Under the pieces are notes generated by a model that saw only the letters and a list, made by a program, of their open reading frames with translations, searched no databases and was not told where the DNA came from. The position numbers and the translations under genes were made by a program. A DNA stretch of 64,000 nucleotides from Chiloscyllium plagiosum (taxonomy: Eukaryota), in contig NC_057718.1 in NCBI RefSeq assembly GCF_004010195.1, forward strand, positions 98,084,876 to 98,148,875. The letters are read 5' to 3'. Positions within the stretch are counted from its first letter, which is position 1, and every line of letters starts with the position of its first letter. Below, piece by piece: positions 23,180-36,162 of the stretch.

Positions 23180-23654
23180 TATCTAGAAAATTGAGTCTCA
23201 ACTTTTTGTATGTAACATGATTGCATTTTACGTTGCAACATGTCCTGAAGTAGGTAGTTGTGAACTGTGTGCTAGAATTATTTTTACAGGCTTTGAGATG
23301 TGCCCTATCTTAGTGAATGGAAGAGTGTGATAGATTAATTTTGAGGTCGTGCTATGACCGAGACTGGGTTGTTGCTGGAGTGCTTCTACTCCACTGAACC
23401 TCAAATTAAAATTAAAATACTTCTCCCAGTTATTGAGATGACAAATCAACCAATTATTTTTGTACATCAATATTAGTTTATTATCAAAGCAGAATTTATT
23501 CAGTGAAGATGCAATACACTGTGAGTAATATTGAAATATAAATGTTGATCCATCCACTTGATAGATCTTATTGTTTAAAACCTGTCACCGATATTTAATT
23601 TGCCGTCTGATAACTGGGAAAGTTCTTATTTTATGTCAAGACCCATTGGACTCG

Positions 23655-24145
23655 TGAGGAGGTAGTCCAGAGAAGGTTCACGGGATTGATCCTGGGTATG
23701 GACAGGTTTTCTAATGAGGAGCGGTTGAGTGGGTTGCTTATACTCATTGGAATACAGAAGAATGAGTGAAGACTTGGACACCTTATTGAAACATAAAGCT
23801 TCTTAAGGGATTTGACAGGGCAGAGGCAGAGAGTTTGTTTCTCTTTGTGGGAAAGTCATGAGCCAGAGGGCATCATCTCTGAGTAAGAAGTCACCTCATT
23901 TAAGACAGAGATGAGGAAGAATGTCTTCTCTCAAAAAGTAATGAATATGTTGAATTCTATCTTGCAGAGGCTGCCAAGGCTGAGGTCAGTAAATTCAAGG
24001 TTGCGATAAACAGATTTTTAATCAGTAAACCAAGGATGATGGGGTAAAGGCAGGAAAGTGGAGTTAAGGATGATCAGATCAGCCAAGATCTCTTTGAATG
24101 GTATGGCAGACTCAGTGGGCTGAATAGTGTACTTCTGTTCTTACG
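23655..24145 (+). mobile_element. Degraded CR1 LINE 3' fragment
   Basis: 'ggaggtagtccagagaaggttcacgggattgatcctggg' (EVVQRRFTGLILG) and CR1 tail. Confidence 0.75.
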
Positions 24146-24352
24146 TCTCTCACTCACACAGTCACACACACACACACACAGAATAATACACATGCACGCA
24201 CATACACTCGCGCACACACACTCTCTGACTCGCACACACTCACACATGCAGACACAGATTCTTGCGGGTGTGCGCACACACACACACATTCTTAAACACA
24301 CACATACACAGATACACATTCTCTCCCTCTCTCTTGCGCGCACACACATATC
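24146..24352. repeat. Imperfect (CA)n microsatellite
   Basis: Visible CA runs. Confidence 0.95.
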
Positions 24353-24641
24353 AAACTCTGTGGCTATTGGGCTATTTTTTGAGGTCAATAGGACAAATTT
24401 GTAGAATGTTCCAGGTTTTAACTCTGAAGTTCTAGCATGTGTGGCCATTTCACTGGTTATCTCTATAGTCTTGCTTTCAAGAAAGACTTGCTCAGGAAAT
24501 ACAGTCTTGAAATGTTTCTTCAATCATTCTTCCAAAAGAACAATTAGGTTCCACCATGAACTCAGCAACAGGGCTTTCTTTTAAGAAATCAGAGTGATCT
24601 GCTGGGTAGCTTGTTCTTAAAACCTTTCCTCCAATGGAGTT

Positions 24642-24670
24642 AACATTTCGAGTCCAGTACCCTTCTTCAG
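24642..24670 (-). ncRNA. Hammerhead motif (family C) in an inverted PLE fragment 24636-24790
   Basis: Reverse complement reads CTGAAGA-AGGGT-ACTGG-ACTC-GAAAT-GTT; CpG in the palindrome decayed. Confidence 0.55.
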
Positions 24671-25039
24671 AGTGAAGGGTTTAAAATGTTAATTATGTTG
24701 TTATCACTGCAGGAGATGCCAGACCTGCTGAGTTTCTCCAGCAGGTTCTGTTTTTAATTTGAGTCTCCAGGATCTACAGTATTTAGCTTTCATTTGTGTG
24801 TATACCGTATTCATTTATGAGCACATGTCATGCAATCACATGTATTCTATGAGTCAACGCACTGCGATAGCTCATATTAAAATATGAACTAAAAATTTGT
24901 GTGCAGCAAATTTTGTGCCAATAGTTAGTGTGTTGCATTTGGCAGCATTATACTTATCATGTACAATTTGTGTGTGCAGTGTTGATTATGATTATACAAC
25001 TTGCATGTAAGCGAGAGACTTTTGTTCACACAGTGACTT

Positions 25040-26070
25040 GTACGACTTTAGTACATCCTAAAGCACTTTTCAGTCAATGAAGTACTTTTGAAATGTATTC
25101 ATTGCTGTAGTGTAGGAATCCCAATAGCTAAATTTGAATACAGCAAACTCCAGTGCAATAATATCAGAATGTTTTTTCACAATGTTGATTGAGGGCACAA
25201 ATAATTTCTTCCCTTCTTTTCTTGTAAATTGTGCCAGGAACCTTGTACATCCACCTGTAAAAGTGTCTCCATGTCTCGTCTAAGAGTTGGCACATCCAAC
25301 AGTGCGGCATTCCCCTGGTAGTACAAACATTTCTTCTACAACGCGATAGTTGTGTACTTGTGCAAACCTGCACTATATAAAAATCGCGCAATAAAAATAA
25401 CACTTTAAGTGTTGGCAATGTAATTGTGTTATAGCCAACACATGATCTACAAGTTTGCATTTTAGAAACGTGCATTCCCTATTCATAAATCATGTTACAG
25501 CCAATTTGTGTTAATAAGACCATAAAACATAGGAGTGGAAGTAAGGCTATTCGGCCCATCGCGTCCACTCCGCCATTCAATCATGGCTGATGGGCATTTC
25601 AACTCCACTTACCCGCATTCTCCCCATAGCCCTTAATTCCTTGTGACATCAAGAATTTATCAATCTCTGCCTTGAAGACATTTAGCGTCCCGGCCTCCAC
25701 TGCACTCTGTGGCAATGAATTCCACAGACCCACCACTCTCTGGCTGAAGAAATGTCTCCGCATTTCTGTTCTGAATTTACCCCCTCTAATTCTAAGTCTG
25801 TGTCCACGTATCGTCGCCTAACGGAAACAATTTCCTAGCGTCCACCCTTTTCAAGCCATGTATTATCTTGTAAGTTTCTATTAGATCTCCCCTTAATCTT
25901 CTAAACTCCAATGAATATAATCCCAGGATCCTCAGCCGTTCCTCGTATGTTAAAGACTCATGATAATGAAAGATGCATAATAGCAGAACTGGCTGTACTG
26001 CACTCGAGTGTCAGCATGTATGTTTGTCCATAAACACTAGGGTGAGACGTGAAAACAGAACCCTTTGACT
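25040..26070 (-). mobile_element. DeuSINE/SacSINE1-like SINE split by a MITE
   Basis: 'aaagcacttttcagtcaatgaagtacttttgaa', 'cagtgcggcattccctggtagta' and 'ctgcactcgagtgtcagc'; plus-strand copy at 30560-31250. Confidence 0.55.
25324..25995. mobile_element. Tigger-like MITE (TA-flanked) containing a CR1 fragment (25515-25950, minus)
   Basis: Same family as 57518-57735 (aaaatcgc..., tttagaaacg, agcagaac...ctg-TA). Confidence 0.6.
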
Positions 26071-26579
26071 TGGAAGGAAAATGCAACCTACTGAATCACT
26101 GCGAGACTGTTTTAAGCATTGTACGCGAGAGAATTTATTACGTTTGCATAACAAACAAATTCACTGTGCAAAGTGCCATTTTATGGTGGAAAATTATCAT
26201 CTGTTAGGCAGAAGCACAAATATACATAAAATATTTCCCCCAATGCCTCATCCAGGCAATTCAGTGCCTTTACTCGCAATGACCGCAAACTCTTGCTCAT
26301 CGTGTGTAATATATGTTATCTGTAAAAGTATATTCGGCGGTGAAAACACATGTGATGTGCATATTATATAGAGTGTGAGTTCCAATCAAGATGCATTATA
26401 ATTGTGAACTTGAGGAACTTTATTCATTGTGTCAATGAGTAATTTGCTAGGGTTGCTGCTGTAGCCATATTAGTAAGGAATTTGGGAAAAGTCTGTGTAC
26501 TTTTACCAAGCTTGTCAGTTAACCCAGTATTTTGAATCCTTCCAAAAACTAGAAACTGGAAGAAACTGGAAAACTTTGT

Positions 26580-26890
26580 GGGTGGCATGGTGGCTCAGTG
26601 GTTAGCACTGCTGACTCACAGCACTAGGGTCCCAGGTTCAATTCCAGCCTCGGATGACTGTCTGTGTGGAGTATGTATGTCCTCCCTGTTTCTGTGTGGG
26701 TTTCATCCGGGTCCTCCGGTTTCCTTCCACAGTCCAAAAATGCGCAAGTCAGGTGAATTGGCCAGGCTAAATTGCCCATAGTGTTGGGTGCATTAGTCAG
26801 AGGGAAATGGGTCTGGGTGGGTTACTCTTCAAGGATCGGGTTGGGCCAAAGGGCATGTTTTCAGACTGTAGAGAATCTAATCTAATCTAA
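26580..26890 (+). mobile_element. HE1/V-SINE
   Basis: Full length with (AATCT)n tail. Confidence 0.9.
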
Positions 26891-27554
26891 ATCTTTAGCA
26901 CTGCTTGCAATTCTAGAATCTCAGGATTCCTGAATATCTTTGAACAAATAACCAAGTGGATCGCAGTGTTCAACACCGATGCATTCTGAATTTAACCCTA
27001 GTATTTTATGAAAGTTTTATAAAATAATTTTATAAGTGTCTTGCCAAAGAGACAAACTCTGGCATTGCATTGGCTCAGTAGCAGGCTACAACGGCAATTA
27101 ATTGTAAATATTCCCTTGATTCCAAAATAAATCTTTTTTTTTGAGGTTTTCATGTTATTCACTTTATAGATAGAACATGCCCAAGGAACAATTGATGAGT
27201 CAGCTTAATGTAGGATGCAGGAAAATAATGTGACCCGTAGCTTGAGTGTTGCTGAAAAAGAGACATGTTGTTTAATTTATTTGTCTTGCAATCATCAGAA
27301 CAACACGCAAATGCCAGATTTCAAAGGGAATAATAATTTATACTGCATGAGAAAAGGTGGCTGAACCATCAGCAACATGCCTCTGATTGGCTGAGGTGTC
27401 ACCAAAGCTATTGAAAATGCTATATCACTGATGCATTTGCTATGACAGTGACTCGACCAGTCAGAATCGGTTTGAACATTTGACATTCTTGGGTCTGTCC
27501 TAAGATGAGAGAGACCTTGGGGTGAATTTTACTAGAAGCCAGCTAAGTGTCAAT

Positions 27555-28905
27555 TAGAACATAGAACAATACAGCACAGCACAGGCCTTTCGGCCCTTGA
27601 TGTTGTGCCGACCTCTTATTCACTTAACCTGCATACCCTTCCTTGTATTACCTTCCATGTGTCCATCCAAGAGTAGCTGAAATGCCCCTAATGTGTCTGA
27701 CTCTACTACCACTGCTGGCAGTGCATTCCACGCACCCAGCACTCTGTGTAAAGAACCTACCTAAACTGTCCTCCAATTACCTTAAAGTTATGCTCCCCGC
27801 GCCCCTCCCCCCCGTGATAGCCATTTCCGCCCTGGAAAAATGTCTCTGGCTATCCTCTCTATCTTTGTGCCTCTCATCAAGTCTTCTTTCATTCCTCTTC
27901 ACTCCAATGAGAAAAGCCCTAGCTCCCTCAATCTTTCTTCATAAGACATGCCCTCCAGTCCAGGCAGCAACTTGGTAAATCTCCTCTGCACCCTTTCTAA
28001 AACTTCCACATCTTTCCTATAATGAGGTGACCAGAACTGAACACAATATTCCAAGTTTGGTCTAACCAGGGCTTTATAGATCTGCAGCATAACCTCACAG
28101 TTCTTCAACTCAATCCTTCTGCTAATGAATGCCAACACACCATATGCCTTCTTAACAACCCTGTCAACTTGGGTGGCAACTTTGAAGGATCTATGGACGT
28201 GGACCTCAAGATCCCTCTGTTTCTCCACAGTGCCAAGAAATCTGCCTTTAACCCTGTAATTTGCATTCAAATTTGACATTCCAAAATGACTCACTTCACA
28301 GTTTTCCAGGTTGAACTCCATCTGCCACTCTTTAGACCAGCTCTGCATCCGAGCAATGTCCTGTTGCAGCCTACAACAGCTCTCCACACCATCCACAGCT
28401 CCACCAACCTTCATGTCATAGGCAAACTCACTAACCCACCCTTCCACTTCATCATCCAAGTCATTATAAAAATCACAAAGAACTGAGGTCTCAGAACATA
28501 TCCCTGCAGAACACCACTGGTCACCAAGCTCTACACTGAATACTTTCCATCTGCTACCACCCTCTGTCTTCGTTGGACTAGCCAATTCTGTGTCCAGACA
28601 GTCCCAGTACTTTCTGAATGAGCCTAGCATGAGGAACCTTATTAAATTTCTTGCAAAAATCCATAGACACCACATCCCCTGCTCTACCTTTATCAATGTG
28701 TTTTGTCACATCCTCAAAGAATTCAGTAAGGCTTGTGAAGTATGACCTGCCCCTCGCAAAGACATTCTGACTATCCATAATCAAAATATACTTTTCCAAA
28801 TAAGCATAAATCCTGTCTCTGAGAGTCCTCTCCAATAACTTCCCACCACTAACATAAGACTGACTGATCTTTAATTCGGAGGGTTTTCCCTTTCTCCTTT
28901 CTTGA
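27555..28905 (-). mobile_element. CR1/HER1 LINE ORF2 RT fragment (pseudogenised)
   Basis: DFCKKFNKVPH, EFAYDMKVGG (decayed FADDTK), EWQMEFN, LVRPNLEYCVQFWSPHYRKD. Confidence 0.92.
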
Positions 28906-29959
28906 ATTTTAATGAGTTTCATGGAGGATTTCTCTCTATCGTCCCTAGCAAGATTGCTCATGCTATATTCTGAAACCCACCTCATTACCAGTGCACTTCA
29001 CCTCTGTGGCACCTTTTGCATTTTGTTTCCCCTCTTGGCAGAAGTGGAAGTACCTGCTACTGTCAGGAATCCCAAAGTTGGCTTCATTTTTAAAGCCCTT
29101 AAAGCCCAGCCATACTCTGTCAGCCGGAAGTTGGCATTCACTGTGCATGTAGGGGGAGGGCAGCCACAAATAATGTTTCTTGGAGCACAGAGATGACAAC
29201 CAGCACTTCATTGCAAATACAAGTGCAGATAATTAATATATTGCTATTTACGACCATACTACGCAGGTTAGCCATCCTTAGCCTCATCCATCTTTGTAGA
29301 TTAAAGCTCACACGTATAACAGCTTCAGGAAGAAGCAATCAGCATTCCTGAGCAGAAGTTAAAGTCACAAGTGGCTGAGATCTATTGGAGTGTAAGGGAC
29401 AGGGACTTTAGTGTGATACTGTATAAGTGGTGTATAGTACAAGGTATACTTTGGGCTACTGTATCAGGAGTGTGTTTTAGACATTATACAAATGTTTTTC
29501 TTCTCAATGTATATGTGTTCTTTGGGACTAATGGGATTGTATGTTAACAGTTTGTTTAAAAATCTTTGAACTTATGTTACGAGTAGGCATTAAGTTTATT
29601 CCATCTTACCTTCATTTGTTAATAAGTTTCAGTTTTGCAAAATCTGCAATACTACATGGTTCTGCTCCAGTGAGTTGCCACTTTGTTCAAATGAAAGCGA
29701 ACAAAAATGTGATCCAACCTGTCCGTTCACAATATCAGCCAGGATCAAAACACTCTGTCTGTTACAAACACTCTTTAAGAAACCACTTATTTATATTCCA
29801 AACCTCCATGTTTTTATTCTCTACACATTTTCCCTGTTTTGTGTTAGATTCATTGCAAGGAAAGAACTTCAAGAAATAATGAGAAAATAACATGCAGTAA
29901 ACTTCACTGAAGACAGAGTATGTTGTAGTATTAGTGATGACTCTATCATAATCAATACG

Positions 29960-30360
29960 ACCATAAGACATAGGAGCAGAAATTAGGCCATTCAGCCCAT
30001 CATGTCTGCTCCACCATTCAATCATGGCTGGTAAGTTTCTCAACCTCATTCTTCTGCTTACTGCCTGTAACCCTGGAACTCCTTGATACTCAAGAACCTA
30101 TCTATCTCTGTCTTAAATATACTCAGTGACCTGGCCTCCCAGCCTTCTGTGGCAGTGAATTCCATAGATTCCTCACTCTCTGGCTGAAGAAGTTTCTCCT
30201 TATCTCCATTCTAAAACATCTTCCCTTTACTCTGAGGCTTTGCCCTCGGGTCCTAGTCTCCCCTACCGATGGAAACATCTTCCCAACATCCACTCTGTCT
30301 AGGCCATTCTATATTCTGCAAGTTTCAAATAGATCCCCCCCTCCATCCTTCTAAACCCCA
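29960..30360 (-). mobile_element. CR1 LINE 3' tail
   Basis: (catAAGA)n tail, 'ggagcagaaattaggccattcagccc', same type as 25515-25950. Confidence 0.8.
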
Positions 30361-30559
30361 TCATGTTAAACTCCATCAAACAAATCAATCTAGCACATTG
30401 GCATGTAGCCACTTTATTATTTCTATTCACTCTTTAGTTCAAGTCCAGCCAGCAATAGAATTGATTTTTCTCATCGGCTAAAAACAATCTGCTAAGGCTG
30501 TCATTGATCATTAAAATCCAAATAGCCAGCAAGATGCAAGCAGCATGATTCTGATTCAG

Positions 30560-31250
30560 AAGCTTGAGGACAAAACTCTAGGTTGACATTCGTATTGATG
30601 GAGAGCTGTACAATCTAAGGGGCCATCTTTCAGTTGGGATGTTGGACCAGGATCCAGCCTGCTCCCAGAAAGGCCCCACAGCACAGTTATAAAACCATGA
30701 AGGGGATGGATAGGGCAAATAGACAGGGTTTCCCCAGGGTTGGGGGAGTCCAGAAGTAGAGGGCATGGGTTTACGATGAGAGGGAAAAGATTTAGAAGGG
30801 ACCTTATGGGCAACTTTTTCACACAGAGGGTAATGTGTGTATGGAATGAGCGGCCAGAAGAAGTGGTGGAAGCTGGTACATTTAAAAGGCATGTGGATGG
30901 TGATATGAATAGGAAGGGCTTAGAGCGCTGGCAAATGGGGCTAGATTGGGTTAGTGTATCTAGTTGGCATGGACGAATTGTACTGAAGAATCTGCATGCT
31001 GTACATCTCTATGCATCTATGGCTCGAAGAGCCGGGGAACTATCCCCTGTGCCGCAGTCAACATTTAGCTCCCATCCAACATCAGAGAAGAAGGATGATC
31101 TCATCATTATAACATTACTGATTTTGTGGGAGTTTGCTGCTTGCACATTGACTGCCACATTTCTCACCTTACCATCTAAACTTCAGGGGTACCTTCATTC
31201 ACTGTAGACCATCCCTGAGGAAAGGTGCTAGATAAATGCAAATCTTTTCT
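30560..31250 (+). mobile_element. DeuSINE/SacSINE1-like SINE split by a CR1 fragment (30685-31020)
   Basis: 'tcattataacattactgattttgtgggagtttgctg...ttgactgccacatttc' and tail 'ggtgctagataaatgcaa'; CR1 ESRSRGHGFTMRGKRFRRDLMGNFFTQRV. Confidence 0.6.
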
Positions 31251-31385
31251 CTTGTATCCATGAGAATGTGCATCTGGCTACCTCTCGGAATCAGAGCAAC
31301 AAACCCAGAAAATGGTCGAGTGTGCTGTCGATGTGTTTACTTGTAGCCTGGCAAAGCAGACTGATTAACATTTACAGTTATCAGA

Positions 31386-31547
31386 GTCAAAATTAGAGTG
31401 GTGCTGGAAAAGCAGGTCTGGCCCCTTCCAAGCAGCAGGAAAATCGATGTTTTAGGCAAAAGCCCTTCATCAGGAATGAAGCTGGGTGCCTCGGAGGTGG
31501 AGAGATAAATGGAAGAGAGGTGGAGCTGGGGGGAAGGTAGGTGAGAG
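31386..31547 (-). mobile_element. PLE family A pLTR fragment with 14-bp TSD (1 mismatch)
   Basis: ttacagttatcaga 31372-31385 and ttatagttatcaga 31548-31561; degenerate hammerhead at about 31446-31473. Confidence 0.75.
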
Positions 31548-31584
31548 TTATAGTTATCAGACTGGTTTCCCTCACACTACTCAA

Positions 31585-31851
31585 CAGTGGCTAGCACTGC
31601 TACCTCATAGCACTTAGGACCTGGGTTCGATTCCAGCCTTGGGTGTCTGACCTGCATGGAATTTGCACATTTTCCCTGTGTTTGTATCAGGTGCTGTGGT
31701 TTAGTCTCACAGTCCAAGGACATGCAGGCTGGGTGAATTGACCATGGGAAATGCAGGGATGGGGTAGCAGGGAAGTCTGGTGGCATGCTCTTTGGATGGT
31801 CAGTGTGGACTAGATAAGCCGAATGGCCCGTTTCCATACAGTAGGGATTCT
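31585..31851 (+). mobile_element. HE1/V-SINE (diverged)
   Basis: Head, V-domain and tail recognisable. Confidence 0.8.
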
Positions 31852-32849
31852 GGTGCACATTGATCACATGGACAGCAGCCCAATTTGCACCAAATCAATT
31901 TTAATCAACTCTTTGGCAAATTCATGTCTTTGAACATTTGGAAATAAGCTTGTAGTTAGGCCTGGACACAGTATTTCTGATGCTTCTGTTGGATGCATTG
32001 TCAGTAATTTGTCAGTGTTAGATAAATGCAGGACGACATTGCTGTGGAGCTTAGTTTAATTAAAAGATCAATTAGATTCTAAGTGGCTTGGGGTACTAGA
32101 TAGCTATAGGGACAATTTCAGTGGTTGGAAGGTTATTAGTGATTTTGAGAGACTGTAAGATTGTGACAAGTTGAATCGCAGACCTGCTCCCTCACAAATC
32201 CATGTTCAGCAGAGCTAATGAACAGTTGGAACTGATCTGTCAACCAATGAGCTGTGTGTCAAAGAAATTGAGGAATTGATGTTGTACCACAAAAAGCATT
32301 GAAAAATGTTGGAAGTTAACTCCGGAAAAGCTCAGTAACTTTTATCCACATAGCTCGCTGTCGTTGAACAAGACCACCAGTTCAGTCAAACATGTTTCCA
32401 ATGGTTTTAAATGCAAATTTCCTGGCGAAACAGGCAGGCGGGCAGGCAGGCGTTCATCAGGTTCTTCAGATCTATCTGGGGAATAATCATCCTTTCTCTT
32501 CTATTGATGCATTTTCTCTTCTATTGATGCATTTTGTCTTCTTTCCTGATGCACGTCTCAAAATGCAGGGGGCAGTCTGGTTTGCTTTGTACCGTGGGGG
32601 CAATACATTGAGTTGCATTAAGCAGTGTGGGCAACCTGGGCTTTCCTATGACAGGTAGCAGCAGCTTAATGACACCAATCACTTTGGCTTCGCACCTCAT
32701 CTTTACTTGCATCATCTTCAGACATTTGAGAGTGAGCAGGTTAAAAAGGTGCTCACTCTTAAAGCCATGTTAAGGTACACAGGCAAGCTCGTGTTTATAG
32801 GTTCCGTACGTAGGCACGGTGGTAAAGAGCTGCAAGAATAAAACAGGAA

Positions 32850-33165
32850 GGCACAGTGGGTAAATAGTTAGCACTGCTGCCTCATTGCGCCAGGGTCCCA
32901 GGCACACTTTGAACCTCAGGCGACTGTCTGGGTAGAGTTTGCACATTCTCCCATTTCTGTGTGGGTTTCCTCCCACAGTCCAAAGATGTGCAGGTTAGGT
33001 GGATTAACCAGGCTAAGTTCCTTGTAGCACTCAGGGATGGGCAGGCTAGGTGCATTAGCTATGCTAAATAGGTGGTTATAGGGAGCTGGGTTTGGGTGGG
33101 ATGCTCTTTAGATGACCGGTACAGACTCGATGGGCTGAACGGCCTGCTCCCACACTAGGGATTCT
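32850..33165 (+). mobile_element. HE1/V-SINE (diverged)
   Basis: V-domain gagtttgcacattctccc...cagtccaaagatgtgcagg. Confidence 0.8.
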
Positions 33166-33574
33166 GAGAGTCAATGAAAATCCACCCCTTTGATGGAGAA
33201 ACTGACCTCATGTGATACTGTCAAAACTTTGTTTGTAGCACCAAGTCCTGCGGCAAAAACCAAAAGAGGAAAGTACAAGAAAAGAATATTAGGTTGAAAA
33301 CAATGGAAAGATTTGTGTTCATTAAATGGGACTGGTTCTCACACTACAATACCCCATTTAAATGGGATTAATCTAAGGCTGGATCCATCTACAGATGAGC
33401 GATCTTTTTGAAGTTGCCTTAGGCCCCTCTGTGAGTGCAGTCCATATGAGTAGTAAACCTGACTGCACTGTCTAGTTACAGGGTGCAGGCTGTTGCAGTG
33501 GGCTCTGCAATCATGACAGGACACCCGACGCTTCACTTCCCCCACCCCGAAATGCACTGTCAAGGGATATTCTT

Positions 33575-34015
33575 GATGTAGAGGAGCTGGTATTGGACTG
33601 TGGACAAAGTTTAAAAAAACAATCACACAACACCAGGTTATAGTCCGCAGGTTTATTTGTGATTTGGAGGTGCCTGTGTTGGACCTGGATCTACAAAGTT
33701 AAAAATCACACAACACCAGGTTATAGTCCAACAGGTTTATCTGGAAACACTGGCTTTCGGAGCGCTGCTCCTTCATCAGATAGCTAGTGGGGCAGGATCA
33801 TAAGACACAGAGTTTATCGTAAAAGATTATAGTGTCATACAACTGATGCAATATGTTGAACAATCCTAGATTGCTGTTAAGTTTTTCATCTTTTAGAATG
33901 GATTGCAGGTTCCGATTCATTAACATGTAAATTCTGTAGGTTGTGTGTTTTTTGAGCACAATAGAATATATCTGCAAATACAATTCTGTAAATGCAAATT
34001 CACCCCATATACTTA
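33575..34015 (-). mobile_element. PLE family B 3' region with duplicated terminus and hammerhead at 33751-33779
   Basis: Reverse complement reads CTGATGA-AGGAGC-AGC-GCTCC-GAAA-GCCA; 'aatcacacaacaccaggttatagtcc' occurs twice. Confidence 0.7.
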
Positions 34016-34210
34016 CAGAGGAAGTGGTGGAAGCTGGTACAATTACAGCATTTTAAAGGCATCTGGATGGGGACATGAATAGGAAGGGATTTGGAGGGAT
34101 TTGAGCCAAATGCTGGCAAATGGGACTGGATTCATTTAGGATATCTGGTTAGCATGGACAAGTTGGACCTAAGTGTCTGTTTCCTTGCTGTACATCTCTA
34201 TGACTCTTTG
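34015..34210 (+). mobile_element. CR1/HER1 tail
   Basis: Ends 'ctgtacatctctatgactct'. Confidence 0.8.
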
Positions 34211-34664
34211 ACTCTGAATACATCACACCAGGTACAGATGTCAGATTTCCTTCCTGGATTAGTGAATCGGTCGGGTTGTTGGAACAACCTATGTTCGTTG
34301 AAAGGCCACAATACTGAGACTGACTTAATATTCAGGTTTGTTTTGAAGAGTAGCTTGTGGCCATTTCACCAGCTTCCGTGTGGGATTACAACCCTTGATG
34401 CCTGAGCATTTACCTGAGTTCCTGTATTATTAGGTCACTATGCCACCTTTGCATGACTACGGCCTGAATTTCACACGAAAGACTGATGGAGGCAGTAGCA
34501 CTCAATAAAAAAATGACTAAAGGCTTGCAGGGAAGAATTACACCTGTAGAGCTATGAGGGAAAGGGAGTGAGGATTGATTGGCTCAATCTACCAATGAGC
34601 TGGCATGGTGGGGTGAATGGTCACTTTCTGTGCTGTTTCACTGCGATTAGTAGTGACCCTAATC

Positions 34665-34905
34665 ACAACAAAAACTGAAAGAACTGTGGATGCTGGAAAT
34701 TTGAAACAAAACCAGAAATTGCTGGAAAAGCTCAGTGGGTCTGACAGCATCTGTGGAGAGGGCTTTTGCCCGAAACATCGATTTTCCTGCTCTTCAGATG
34801 CTGCCTGACCTGCTGTGCTTTTCCAGCACCACTCTAATCTTGACTCTGATCTCCAGCATCTGCAGTCCTCAGAGTTAACACTTCAGACCCAGTGACCCTT
34901 CCTGC
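34665..34905. mobile_element. Family A PLE fragment (+, 34758-34870) nested in a family C PLE repeat (-)
   Basis: Family C 'cagcatctgtggag' and 'agagttaacacttcagacccagtgacccttcct' are split by gggcttttgcccgaaacatcg... Confidence 0.7.
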
Positions 34906-35847
34906 TCTTAAGACATGCCAGCTCTTGGTTTCATCACAGGACTGGGTTTTGAAAAGAGGATTTGGCGTGATGGGTTAAACAAACACTGCGGCTCGGATTG
35001 CCTTCTGAAGCTTGTGATTCCGGTTTTTGTCAGATTGAAGTTTTTTTTTGCGTATTTGAGGAGATTTCAACGCTGCACTGTATCAACTTTGAGGTAAGCA
35101 CTGCTTCAAGCTCTGGCACAAGCCTGTTCAAGGCGATCGCATTTCAAGATTGCATTTTTAAAAGCAGTGAATGAATAATGCTGACTGTGACATTCTGTGA
35201 CTGGTGCTATAGTAAATAACAGAATGTTGGAATTACATTAACCTTTGGCACCTCTCATTTGAACATTACTGTTTAAGCGTGTAATTGTTTCATTGCTGCA
35301 CCAATCCAGCCCTCCCTTACCTTGCCTCGGTGCTGGACAAATGCAGTACCCTAAAACTGCCTGGCCTTAGCTCTGTGGTCTGTGGGATGGGAACACAGGC
35401 ATGTTGGAGTCCAGAAAGCTGTAGCTGCCTTCTGGAGGACGAACAGCAGTCCCCAAAACCTCCAAGGGAAGTAGCCATGCAGATTAGATGTGAGATACCT
35501 AGCCTGTGTTTCTCTGTGCTTCAGTTTGAAATGTGCTGGAGGCAAGTTAAATTGAGACATTCAAGACGGCCATCGGCTGGTTATTTGGATAGAAATGGTG
35601 TGCAGGGAGATGGCACTAGATGATAGAAGCAATGCAGGTATGATGGGCCCAATTGCCTCTCTCTGCACAGGAACAATTCTGTGGTTTTGCGAATGCTCTA
35701 GGTGCTTGTTCTTTTTGAGTGCCCCTCTAATTTGGTGCCACATGTTGCTTTGAGAAAACTGGTGGTGTGGGGTTGGTAAGATCCCTCCCACGACTTTCCT
35801 TGCCCAGCACCTGTTGTCAGCCCAGCCCACAATAATGACTCACTAAT

Positions 35848-36155
35848 TAGATTACATTACAGTGTGGAAACAGGCCCTTCGGCCCAACAAGTCCACACCC
35901 GCCCCACCGAAGCGCAACCCACCCATACCCCTACATTTACCCCTTACCTAACACTATGGGCAATTTAGCATGGCCAATTCAGCTGCCCTGCACATCTTTG
36001 TGACTGTGGGAGGAAACCGGAGCACCCGGAGGAAACCCACGCAGACACGGGGAAAACGTGCAAACTCCACACAGTCAGTCACCTGAGGCGGGAATTGAAC
36101 CCGGGTCTCAGGCGCTGTGAGGCAGCAGTGCTAACCACTGTGCCACCGTGCCGGC
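35848..36155 (-). mobile_element. Young HE1/V-SINE with 7-bp TSD
   Basis: cactaat at 35841-35847 and 36156-36162; CpGs retained; near-identical to 55494-55803. Confidence 0.92.
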
Positions 36156-36162
36156 CACTAAT

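Noticed and set aside
24074..24523. Cys/Val-rich and His/Thr-rich ORFs
   Set aside because: Translations of a (CA)n microsatellite
32493..32540. 20-bp tandem duplication tttctcttctattgatgcat
   Set aside because: Ordinary short tandem duplication
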